From Octopus sinensis (Eukaryota): 64,000 bases of DNA. This document shows, piece after piece, positions 24,818-38,106 of this stretch. The translations under genes and the position numbers were made by a program. Below the pieces are notes generated by a model, which saw only the letters and a list, made by a program, of their open reading frames with translations, made no database searches and was not told the origin of the DNA. The DNA lies in the NCBI RefSeq assembly GCF_006345805.1, contig NC_043021.1:6014001-6078000 (forward strand), given 5' to 3'. The number at the start of each line of letters is the position of its first letter. Positions within the stretch are counted from its first letter, which is position 1.

Positions 24818-27800
24818 TGTGTGTGTTTGTGTGTCTGTGTTTGTTCCCCTAGCATTGCTTGACAACCGACGCTGGTGTGTTTATGTCCCCGTTACTTAGC
24901 GGTCCGGCAAAAGTGACCGATAGAATAAGTACTGGGCTTACAAAAGAGTAAGTCCCGGGGTCGAGTTGCACGATTAAAGGCGGTGCTCCAGCATGGCCGC
25001 AGTCAAATGACTGAAGCAAGTAAAAGAGTAAAAAGAGAGTTGAACATGTTTTTTTTTTCCACAAACTATACACCAGTAGATGATACCACGTGAGAAACCT
25101 TCATATTGGCTTTTGGTGCAAAATGCATTCCTGTTTATATCACCAGCAGGGAGATATATCCCTGCCACCTCCAGTGCTGAGACCATCAGATCATGTGGTT
25201 TTGATGTTCCTTGATCTTGTCAATGATGGACGCTCAACTGCTAGAGATAGCAGCGACTCATCTCCCCACTGGTGAGATGAAGAAAAACAGTGCCAGAACA
25301 GGCACCAAAAGCCAATATGAGAGTTTCTCTCGTGACAACTACCACAGTATAGTTTGTTCTAACAGAACATCCACATTGAAGAGGGGATAAATATTACCTC
25401 TCAGTCGCTAAAATATACTTTTCAATGAAATTTCAAAATTTAGATTACCTCCATTTCTGTAGAAGTTTTGGTTATTGATACTTGCAGTCCTGGAGCTGCA
25501 AATATATAATATTTTTTTGTCACATTACTATAGTAAAGTCATTGTTTTATATCAACACTACTACTTACAATATGGTACACAGTTTTATTGATAAACATCC
25601 ATTGAGGGGTCATATTTGTCTAATGGCTTACCTCTTTTTCAGATAGTGACCTCGCTTTCATAAAGTATTCACACTGGTACACATACATGCACGCACACAC
25701 GTACTCACACACACACACACACACAGAGGTTGATTGGCAGACTTGTAAACTTGCCTGAGTGTCAAAATATGCTGCGATATTCAAGCCAGCTCTCTGCACT
25801 CTGAGTTCAATTCCTACCAAAGTCCTCTTTGCCCAGACATGTTGATTGGCAGACTTGTAAACTTGCCTGAGTGTCAAAATATGTTGTGATATTCAAGCCA
25901 GCTCTCTGCACTCTGAGTTCAACTCCTAGCAAAGTCCTCTTTGCCCAGACATGTTGATTGGCAGACTTGTAAACTTGCCTGAGTGTCAAAATATGTTGTG
26001 ATATTCAAGCCAGCTCTCTGCACTCTGAGTTCAACTCCTAGCAAAGTCCTCTTTGCCCAGACATGTTGATTGGCAGACTTGTAAACTTGCCTGAGTGTCA
26101 AAATATGCTGCGATATTCAAGCCAGCTCTCTGCACTCTGAGTTCAATTCCTACCAAAGTCCTCTTTGCCCAGACATGTTGATTGGCAGACTTGTAAACTT
26201 GCCTGAGTGTCAAAACATGTTGCGATATTCAAGCCAGCTCTCTGCACTCTGAGTTCAAGTCCTACCAAAGTCCTCTTTGCCCAGACAGGTTGAGTGGCAG
26301 ACTTGTAAACTTGCCTGAGTGTCAAAATATGTTGCGATATTCAAGCCAGCTCTCTGCACTCTGAGTTCAACTCCTACCAAAGTCCTCTTTGCCCCTCATC
26401 TTTCAGAGTTGATAAGCAAAGTACCGGCCTAGTGCTGGTATGGCCTACTCATTCTCCAGTTGTCACAGCTTAGATGTTCTGTTGGGTCATGAGTTGAGGA
26501 GTCAAGAGAGTGTCAGCATTTGCTTGAACCCACACAAACACCTAAAACAATTAATGAAAGTATGGTACAGGTCACCAAGTTATCTTCAATTCTGAGTGAC
26601 ACATAAGTTTTAGTTTGCACATACATATACACATACAAACTTTGTCAGTGTGTCTATGTCTCACTTTCTTTCTCCCCCTCTCTCTTTCTCTCTCTCTATA
26701 TATATATGTGAATGCAATCTGTTGTCGATGCAGTGTGCATCTACGTCTGAGTGATAGTCCCGTGGATCCCACGTAGTCTTGGTGGCAGCCCAAGCATTTT
26801 ATGACAAAAATTATGTTTTCAGAGGCACAAGTAAAATTAGATTTGATCTTGAATTTCTGTCCCTCTTTGAAGAGGAATTCTAGCATGTCATTGTAGGAAA
26901 AAAATTTATAATATTCTTCAGACATATAATTTAAACATTAATTTTCTTTTATATTTAACATTCACTAAAAATATATCTCCTCTTTCTATAGGCTACTTCT
27001 GACGTTATATCATATAATGTTTTCTCAAACAAAATTAATAGCGTTCAGTAAATCACTATACATATCCACCACCATTTTCTGTTAAAATGTCTTATTGACG
27101 TGTTTCGTTTTTTCACTTCCCTGAAAAGAAGATTGCATTGTTTCATACCATTTATTCTTTTGAATAATATCAGTGAAATCTTAGAAACATGTGTCGAAAG
27201 TAAAAGTATTTGATTTATACCTGCGTTAAACTCCATTTATTTATTTATATATTATACAAAAAAATTTACGTAAACCCAAAGTTTCTACCTTTAAAAACAA
27301 GGAGTTACAACCTCTTTACTTGTGTGATTTTTTGCTACCCTGGTAACTATTTATCTATTTTTTCCTTGTTAACAAGGGAAAAATACACTCATCTATCTAT
27401 CTATGTATGTATATATATATATATATATATATATGAATAGTCTACAGATACAATGGAACAAGCTGAGGGAACTTATGCAATACTGGAAGTGATGTTATCT
27501 AGGCATAAGTATCTCACCTTAATATTGTGCACATTAAAAAAAAATGACTTACATCTCATGCTTTTTCCAGAATGTTCTTTTGATACTGATGAAAATAACA
27601 TGGAAAGAAAAACAAAACAAAGTTAACAGTATTAGAACAAAAGAGTGTCACAAGTGAATAGGCATGACTCAGTGGTTAAGTAGTTTGCTTTGCAACCATG
27701 TGATCTTAGGTTCAGTCCAACTGCATGGCACCTAGGTTATAGTAGAAATGTTCTAACTGGAGAAATCAATGGGCTCTCTGTCATATATGATTGATTATCT

Positions 27801-30800
27801 ATCACTTCTACATCATCAGAGCACTGGACAAAATAACTTGAAAAATCTATTCTGGTTCCCAAACATTCAAAATTTCTGATTTCAAATCCTTCCAAAATCA
27901 GCTGTGCCTTTTATATTTCAGGGATCAATAAAATAAAATATCAGTCTAGAGTGGTGGACTGGTAAAATCATTAAGCCTTGGACAGGATACCTTGTGATTT
28001 GTATTTAGAGTTTAAATCCTACTCTGACCTACTTGGATGATAGACCCTACTCTGTCACTTGGTTTAACACCACCACTTGCCCTTGGGTACTTTTAGTGGA
28101 CTCCACTCCTACAGAAAACATCAAAGCCCAGTCTCTACAGATACCTATTTCTTTACTACCCACAAGGGGCTAAACACAGAGGGGACAAACAAGGACAAAC
28201 AAACGGATTTAGTCGATTACATCGACACCCAGTGCGTAACTGGTACTTATTTAATCGACCCTGAAAGGATGAAAGGCAAAGTCGACTTCGGCGGAATTTG
28301 AACTCAGAACATAGCAGCAGATGAAATACCTATTTCTTTACTACCCACAAGGGTCTAAACACAGATTTAGAGTTTAAATCCTACTCTGACCTACTTGGAT
28401 GATAGACCCTACTCTGTCACTTGGTTTAACACCACCACTTGCCCTTGGGTACTTTTAGTGGACTCCACTCCTACAGAAAACATCAAAGCCCAGTCTCTAC
28501 AGATACCTATTTCTTTACTACCCACAAGGGGCTAAACACAGAGGGGACAAACAAGGACAAACAAACGGATTTAGTCGATTACATCGACCCCAGTGCATAA
28601 CTGGTACTTAATTTATCGACCCCGAAAGGATGAAAGGCAAAGTCGACCTCGGCGGAATTTGAACCAGAACGTAATGGTAGATGAAATACCTATTTCTTTA
28701 CTACCCACAAGGGTATAAACACAGAGGGGATAAACAAGGACAAACAAACGGATTTAGTCGATTACATCGACCCCAGTGCATAACTGGTACTTAATTTATC
28801 GACTCCGAAAGGATGAAAGGCAAAGTCGACCTCGGCGGAATTTGAACTCAGAACGTAATGGTAGACGAAATATGGCTACACATTTCGCCCGGTGTGCTAA
28901 CGTTTCTGCCAGTTCGCCGCCTACAGATATCTTCTTCCCTCACACCCTCACACTAGCTTTGGAGACTGTAAAAAAAGTCACAGGCAATGGTTTCTCTCCT
29001 GACTAACCGATAGAAAACAAAGCAAAGATATCTATTCTTTAATACAAACTTTATGTAAGACATCTAGGTGGGAGTGAATTGGAAATGTCATTAGAGCATT
29101 AGATAGAATGCCCCAAGGTATTTATTGCAACTATGCAATCTATAGGTGCAAGCAGTGGCTGTATGGTAAGCAGCTTCCTTCCCAACCACATGGTTCCGGG
29201 TTCAGTCCCACTGTGTGGCACCTTGGGTAAGTGTCTTCTACTATAGCCTTGGGCTGACCAAAGCCTTGTGAGTAGATTTCGGAGACGGAAACTGAAAGAA
29301 ACCCGTCGTCTATATATATATATATGTGTATATGTGTGTGCTTGTGTGTCTGTTTGTCCCTCCACCATCATGTGACAACTGATGTTGGTGTGTTTATGTC
29401 CCTGTAACTTAGCAGCTCATCAAAAGTGTACAAGGCTTACAAAAAGTAAGTCTTGGGGTCAGTTTGTTTGACTAAAGGCAGTGCTCCAGCATGGCCACAG
29501 GCAAATGACTGAAACAAATAAAAGAGAAAAAGAGTAAGTTCATCTCCAATTGGGAACCAACATAGCTTTCATCCTTTGGGGATTGATAAAAAAAACAAAA
29601 AAAACTATCAGTCCTGGTTTTGATCAGGATGCTGTGTGGTTTCCGTTCCAGTTCTTTCCTAATTCTCCTCACCAAAATATGGCAAACCCCTAACTGCCAC
29701 ACCAAACCCCATTTCATATACACCAGTGCATGTCAGAGAGTACACTGGTACATGCAGGAATGGTATATCTGGAAAACCTAAATGCCATACAACTGCTCGT
29801 TCAAGAACGGCCCGGGGTTAAACAACAAGAACGATAACAAGATCAACAATAACAAAAACAACAAAATTAAAAATAAAGTAAATTAAATTTAATAGAGCAA
29901 GAGTAGACATAAGAAGTCCATTTTACAACCACCTTGCCCTGGGTTTGCTCTCACATGAGCAAGTCTCTTTGACTGTAGCTTTGACAATACTCTGTGAGAA
30001 GAATTTGGTAGAAGGAAAACATGTGGAAAATTGCCTTATTTTGTAAAAGGCACCTGTGCTGGTGACACATAAAAAAGGCATCTGTGTTGGTGACAGGTAA
30101 AAGGCACTTGTGCCAGTGATACATAAAAGGCACTTATGTAGGTGACATGTAAAAGAAGGAAAGCACTGGGAAAAGTGCCTTATTTTGTAAAAGGAGAAGA
30201 AAAGGAAAGAAAAGAAGAGAAAAAAGAATAGAATAGGCGTTGGAGTGGCTGTGTGGTAAGTAGCTTGCTTACCAACCACATGGTTCCGGGTTCAGTCCCA
30301 CTGCGTGGCACCTTGGGTAAGTGTCTTCTACTAGAGCCTCGGGTCGACCAAAGCCTTGTGAGTGGATTTGGTGGACGGAAACTGAAAGAAGCCTGTAGTA
30401 TATATATATATATATGTATGTATATGTATATATATATACATAAATCAAAGTGTACAGTATTATGTATCCATCAGAGCCGATCTTACCAACTGGTTTTGCA
30501 CTAGGGGTTCAACAGAGTGTTAGATAACAGTCCATTTATGTAACCCTGCACTCTTCAGGGATGGCAGTTATGGAATTAAATATCACAACTGCTCCCTCTC
30601 CCTCTCTCTATCGTCATCATTTAATGTCCATTGTCTATGTTGGCATGGGTTGTCTATGTTGGCATGGCTGCAGGAATGCACCAGATTTCAGTCTGATTTG
30701 AAAAGGTTTCTACAGCTGGATGCCCTTCCTAACACCAGCCACTTCACAGAGTGTTCTGAGTGCCTTTACATGATACCATACGAACACTTTTATGTGGCAC

Positions 30801-31829
30801 CACATGGGTGCTTTTATGTGGCACCACACGGGCAGTTTAACATGGCACGGCATGGGTGTGTACAGTCACCGGAAGTAACTTGCACGGAAATACATCTGCC
30901 ACCACCAGAGAAAACAAAGCAACTACCCCCAGCGACTTTCCTGACCTTTCATTGGACAAAAGCTACCTACCTGCCATTCTATAGGACACTGGCTAGACAT
31001 CACTGCCGATATTTTTGTATAAATAGACGTCATAAATCGCTGTAAAAGCAGTGCCAAAACGCCAACTGTTTTTACAGCGATCTATGACGTCTATTTATAC
31101 AAAAATATCGGCAGTGATGTCTAGCCAGTGTCCAATAGAATGGCAGGTAGGTAGCTTTTGTCAGGTCTACCGTCAGATCAGACCAGAAGTAGTGGCCAAG
31201 AAACATACCCGCTACAGGTGTTTTTATGTGAAACTGCACAGGCATTTTTACATGCCACACCGCAAGTGCCATACACACACACACACACACACACACTTAA
31301 TAGTGTTCCACACAGTTTTTATCAACCAAATTAACTCAAAAGGTATTCATCAAGCTAGAGTTAAAGAAATGTGCCTAATGTACTGTGTAGCATGATCAAA
31401 TTCAGGAATTTATTGTTGCAAAGCAAACTTCTGGAAGCATATATATACATGCCTGATCGACTAAAATCCCTTGGACGACAGTGATCCAGTATCATGCCAT
31501 TTCATTGATAGAAATTAATAAAAATGTTTATTAGAGTAAGTAAAAACCAACAAGTTAAAACAAAAAGAAAACTAAATCCATTTACACTTTTTTCCGAAAG
31601 ATGATAGGTTTGCAGAGCTCTGACTTGTGGCAAATGGTGTACTGGAACTAGCAGGATGTTGGCTTACGCCAGCACTAACAGGAGTGGTAGTAGCACTATT
31701 ACCCTTGTCTTCTTTATCCTTCTTTACCTTCAAACCCTTTTCATCATCTTTGATTAAGGTGTCCTTCCCAGACTTTAATTCCTATAATGACAAAAGCATA
31801 AATATGGTGCTCATGTATTTTCATATGCC

Positions 31830-31904
<75 letters not shown>

Positions 31905-34900
31905 CATACAAATAATAAGAGAGAGTCCACCATGTGGTCACTGTAACGCAAGATATAGATCCACAAAGGGAATCCACCACTAAAGAATTGTTCTCAAGAA
32001 TTAATTCAACACGCCAAGAATGTAAGCGGGCAGGACAAATGAAAAATAATGAAAAAATAGATTGACTCTATACAATTGTTTCATCGTTAATAGATTGTGT
32101 AATTTTACTTACATAATCATTTTCGAATCGTCAGTAGAGTATATCAGAAATATAATTTGCTGAACCGAATGGCAAAATCCATACGAAGCCGAGCAAATGC
32201 GAACGGCACAGCCGATTATATTTGCAGTTACGTTCAAATGCCCTCATTCTGGCGCGTTAAATCCCCGGATGTAAATACTACCCCAGTAATTTACTGCCGG
32301 CTTGAGAACATATTAATTTATAATTAAAATCACAATAAGGGTGCAAAAAATTGAATATTAATTAATAACATCAATTTAAAACACACATATATATATATAT
32401 ATTTCTTTACTACCCACAAGGGGCTAAACATAGAGGGGACAAACAAGGACAGACAAAGGGATTAAGTCGATTACATCGACCCCAGTGCGAAACTGGTACT
32501 TTATTTATCGACCCTGAAAGGATGAAAGACAAAGTCAACCTCGGCGGAATTCGAACTCAGAACGTAACGGCAGACGAAATACGGCTACGCATTTCACCTG
32601 GCGTGCTAACGTTTCTGCCAGCTCGCCGCCTTAACACACATATATATATATATATACACACACACATACATATACACATGTGTGTGTGTGTGTGTGCGTG
32701 AGTGCGTGCAGGTGTGTGTGTGAGTGCGTGCAGGTGTGTGTGTGTGCGTGTGCATGTATATGTTTGTAGGAGGTCTGATCAATAAGTATCTGGACTGTTG
32801 TCATAATAACGAAGCTAAAGGACACAGAATAACACTGGTGGCGTGGAGAGGGGAGGCCGGTATGCATGGGCGACTGCTGGTCTTCCATAAACAACCTTGC
32901 CCAGATTTGTGCCTGGGAGGGTAACTTTCTAGGTGCAAGCCTATGGTCAGTGTCGTGACCGAAGGGGGTCACAACAATACACACACACATACAAACACAC
33001 TCATATATGTCTATTGATGAATGTATGTGCGTGTATCTCTTTTTCTCTATTTACTGAAAAATAGTCATTTGACTGCGGCCATGCTGGAGCACCGCCTTTA
33101 ATCGAGAAACTCGACTCCGGGACTTATTCTTTTGTAAGCCCAGTACTTATTCTATCGGTCTCTTTTGCCGAACCGCTAAGTGACGGGGACATAAACACAC
33201 CAGCATTGGTTGTCAAGCAATGCTAGGGGGACAAACACAGACACACAAACATACACGCACATACATATATATATATACATATATACGACGGGCTTCTTTC
33301 AGTTTCCGTCTACCAAATCCATTCACAAGGCTTTGGTCGGCCCGAGGCTATAGTAGAAGACACTTGCCCAAGGTGCCACACAGTGGGACTGAACCCGGAA
33401 CCATGTGGCTGGTAAACAAGCTACTTACCACACAGCTACTCCTGTATATATATCTTTGTGCTTGTGTTTGCGACCCCCACAGCCCCACTGCCTCACAACC
33501 GTCGTGGTTTGTTTATATCCCTGTAACTTAGCAGCTCATCAAAACAAAATCGATAGAATAAGTAGCAGTTTTAAAAAATTAGCACTGAGCTTAATTTTCC
33601 CAACTAAATCTTTGAAGGTGGTGCACTAGAATGGTTGTGGGCCAATGACTGAAATATGTAATAAAAAATCATCATCATCATTTAACGTCCGCTTTCCATG
33701 TTGGCATGGGTTGGACCGATATCTATATATATAAAACTGTAGTTGTGTGAGTGTCTGTCCCCTTCGATTTAGATTCCTAACTGCTCCCACATTTTGCGGT
33801 GCAGTTTAACCAAATTCGGGTATCTTATAGTCGTGATTCATATCGAGCCCGTCTGAGTATTAGCGCGCGTCTACGATGAGTCTACGATTTTAAAAATAAT
33901 TTAACATCATTTTTTATTCCATTTTAATGCATAATTTTTCGTGTGTCAAAGGCGGCGGAGTTGGCGTCCATGGTCACACCTGCACCTGTTTGCTTCTCCC
34001 CCTTCTTCCCTCCCTCGTGAAGCTGTGGGGAAGGGAGTGTAAGGAAATTAACGTCGTAAAGCGTTATCAAGGAGACCAGCGTTCTTTTAGAACAACGACT
34101 TCATGGCTTGAAGACACCAAAACAGAAATGGCTAAGAAAGCCCGAATTGGCATCTATAAGGGAAGTAACTCTCTAAAAATGCTTATATAGTTATTTCCCT
34201 TACAAACCCGAGCAACGCTGGGCGATACTGCTAGTAAAATATAAAGAGAAAATATATAGAACATTAACAGTACGTTATAATTTTTCATGCAAAAACTCCC
34301 TCATTTTTCTCATTTATAATTAAATAATTTGTGTTTTAGGAAGAAAAGAAAAATAAAAGAGAAAATGAAATTCTGAAGACAAAAAAAAAAAATAGGGGGA
34401 AACTGAAAAGAGAGGGGAACTACCACCTTCCTCCACTTCTTCCACTTACTTTTCTCCCTTTCCCTCTTTCTCGCTTCTCCTTCTTGTCAGATGCCGTTCG
34501 TAGGGAAATTGTAGAGGTATCACGCATGTCGCTTTTACGGCCTGGCTGTAACAGTGTCTCTGGCAGTAACTGGTGTCGTCAATGTTGTCACATTCATTAG
34601 AATTATTGTGAAGTTATTGAAATGTAAAAAAAAAAAATAAATAAATAAATAAATAAAAATAAAAATAAAAATAAAAAACAAGATTTAAGATTCATGAAAT
34701 AGAAGAAAAGATTTTGAGATGTTTTCTATTCATTTACTTTGGTTGTAACCTCTCGAAAGAGCTGTTCTTCACTCCTGTTCCAGAGTGTCGGCTGCGGTGT
34801 CACTCCGAAAAGCTCTATCTGCGATGATTTCATCTATATCGAAGGAGAGGGGCTTTCTCCATCCGGGTTGCGGATCCGTGGAATAAGCTGCCGGACGAGA

Positions 34901-37900
34901 TAGTGAAGATGCTGACGACCGCTCGGTTCAAAGTCTCTCTTGACCAGAAATGGCCTGAACTCTTTGCATGAACACCCTCCCTGTACATAACTCCATGTCC
35001 CCCTACATGGCCTTGCTTTTTGCTTTTTGAGCCAAAAAATTAACTTAACTTAACTTAACTCTAAATGGGTAATGTCACTTCAAAGTGAGAAAATTTACTT
35101 CAAAGAGAGACTGGAGATTTCAAAGTGAGATTAACTATTTCCCCCTACATGGCCTTGCTTTTTGTTTTTTGAGCCAAAAAATTAACTTAACTTAACTTAA
35201 CTCTAAATGGGTAATGTCACTTAAAATTTAAACTAATTTAACTCTAAACTGATTCAATAAAAATGTCATGGTTTCAGGTGTTTCATCTTGCTACATTATA
35301 GAGAGACTAATAATAACAACCTACAGGTGGTTTTTCTGCTAATCTGTATAATATACAGATCTTTTCTGGTTGGCTTCACTTCTTCAAATTTAAAAATTAA
35401 ATGAAAATTTTCAAATTTGATTATATTAATGTAATTTTGCATACTGAATCTGATGTTGCTATTCACTTGTTCCAGAAAAAAAAATTTAGGAAAATGTTAC
35501 AAAGGTTTAAATTTTGATAATTTTTACTCAATCAGAAAACAGGATTTGGAAGCTGGCATTTGGTGCATGATGACAACATTATGATGACAAAACATTCAAC
35601 AACAGAAATTTGAATAAGTTTTAATGAATAAAGTCATATGACATGTAGGAACAAGCATTAGGAAAAACAAGCTCAAGTTCACTTCATGTAATAATACATA
35701 TTTTGTAGCGAAAACATAAAATTACAACCCCCCTCCCCCCAAAAAAGCTGTAGCTCAGTCCATGTAATATACAAATTTTGTAGCAAAAGTATTAAATTAT
35801 GAAAACAGAAAAACTATACCTCAAACAACAACAGAAAGATAAAAACAGGAAAACACAATGTAAACAAATAAAAGAGAATAACAGGTCGGATATTGTTGTT
35901 TGGGACAGAGGGGCAAAGGTATATAATGTCATAGGGGTCAGCTGCCCTGCAGATATAAATATCTCTTTGAAAATCAAAGAAAAGAGGATATCTATGGTCA
36001 ACTGCTTCGAAACCTCCGCGTCTATATTCAGACTATGAACTCATATTCATACCAATAATAATTGGAGCACTAGGTTTTGTTAGTAAATACTTAACCCTTT
36101 CGTTACTGTATTTATTTTGAGAAGCTCTGTGTTTCTTTCAATTACTTTAAATATAACAAAGAATTTAGTAAAATAACTTAGTTATCATTCAGCTTGTATT
36201 AGGAACATAAATTGTGACTAAGGTTTGGTGGAAGATTTTAATTGAAACCTTAAGAAAACAAGACATTTGTACAACAGAGCCAGAGCCGGTTTCAGCCGGG
36301 TTGGTAACAAAAGGGTTAAAGGAGAATTTGGATAAACTATGTTTTACAGAAAGAGAAACTGACTGGCTGATTCATACATTGCAAGTGAGTGGAACAGTAA
36401 AAATATGCAAGACTTTTCTCAAGTTTCAAATGTGAATTTCTCTGTGTTAACTACATGCCAAAGATGGAGCCTTGTATCTTGATTGGAAACCAGCTCCCTC
36501 CTCTGTAGAAGATTCATAATAATTAAAAAATGGAAGAGACATACAATACATATATACATACAGTTAAGACTGGATTTTTCATATCATCAATTTGTTTATC
36601 CATTATGAGTTTTCTCCTCTCAAAAATTTCATCCTCATTCAGTTTAAATTTTGACAGCACCTGTTGTAAATGACAACAACAACAACAATAATAATAATCT
36701 TTTCCACTATTGGCACAAGGCCTGAAATTTGAGGGGAGGGGTCTAGTCACTGGTACTTAACTTATCGACCCTGAGAGAATGAAAGGCAAAGTCGACCTTG
36801 GCAGAATTTGAACTCAGAACATAACGATGGGTGATATACCGCGAAGTATGGGTTTCTGGTTAGATATGATTTTGTTCTGCTTGCTTGTGTAACATACCTT
36901 ACCACAAATATATAGAATATATTATAAAAATATCAGAAAGATAAATCTCATCATCATCATTGTTTAATGTCCATTTTCCATGCTAGCACGGGTTGGATGG
37001 TTCGACCGGGGTCTGGAAAGCCAGGAGGCTGCACCAGGCTCCAGTCTGATCTGGCAGTGTTTCTACAGCTGGATGCCCTTCCTAACACCAACCACTCCAT
37101 GAGTGTAGTGGGTGCTTTTTACGTACCACCAGCAGAGGTGCCAGGGGAGGCTGGCAGCGGCCACAATCGGTTGGTGCTTTTTACGTGCCACCGGCACAGA
37201 AGCCAGTCAAGGTGGTGCTGGCACAGGCCACGTTCGGATGGTGCTTTTTTCATGCCGCCAGCACAGGTATCACAACTAGAATTTCCATTTGATATTTATT
37301 TTGATGTTGATGTACTTGACTCCATAGGTCTTCACAAGCACAGCAGGTCACCCTATGATCCAAGGTAAGCACAGCAGGTCGTTCTGCAATCCAAGGTACT
37401 TTGGATGGGCTGGGGCTATGCGAAACTGGTGCAGGAGCAGCCATGAACTCACTAACATAAAACCACAAAACAGTAAACAACAGCCATGCTTTGGTAAAAC
37501 GAATACTTAAGGAGTAGCTGATATGATGCCAAAAGAAAAAAAGAACATTACATTGGCAAAAGCCTTGGCTCCTTCATCTCCAATTTGGTTGTTGCCTAAT
37601 CCAAGTTCCAGTAGACTTCGATTCTTCCGCAACACCTGAAAGTATAATATATGTATATTTATATGTGTGTGGGTGTGTATGTATATATATATATATACAT
37701 GAAGGCGCATGGCTCAGTGGTTAGAGCGTCGAGCTTACGATCGTGAGGTTGTGAGCTCGAATCCCGGACTGGGCTGCGTGTTGTGTTCTTGAGCAAGGCA
37801 CTTTATTTCACGTTGCTCCAGTTCACTCAGCTGTAGAAATGAGTTGCGACGTCACTGGTGCCAAGCTGTATCGACCTTTGTCTTTCCCTTGGACAACATC

Positions 37901-38036
37901 GGTGACGTGGAGAGGGGAGGCTGGTATGCATGGGCGACTGCTGGTCTTCCATAAACAACCTTGCCCGGACTTGTGTCTAGGAGGGTAACTTTCTAGGTGC
38001 AATCTCATGGTCATTCATGACCGAAGGGGGTCTTTA

Positions 38037-38106
<70 letters not shown>

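Noticed and set aside
25620-26325. Five near-identical 60-aa ORFs and possible CRISPR-like periodicity
   Set aside because: This is a 112-bp head-to-tail tandem repeat with no unique spacers, in a eukaryotic intron with no cas genes.
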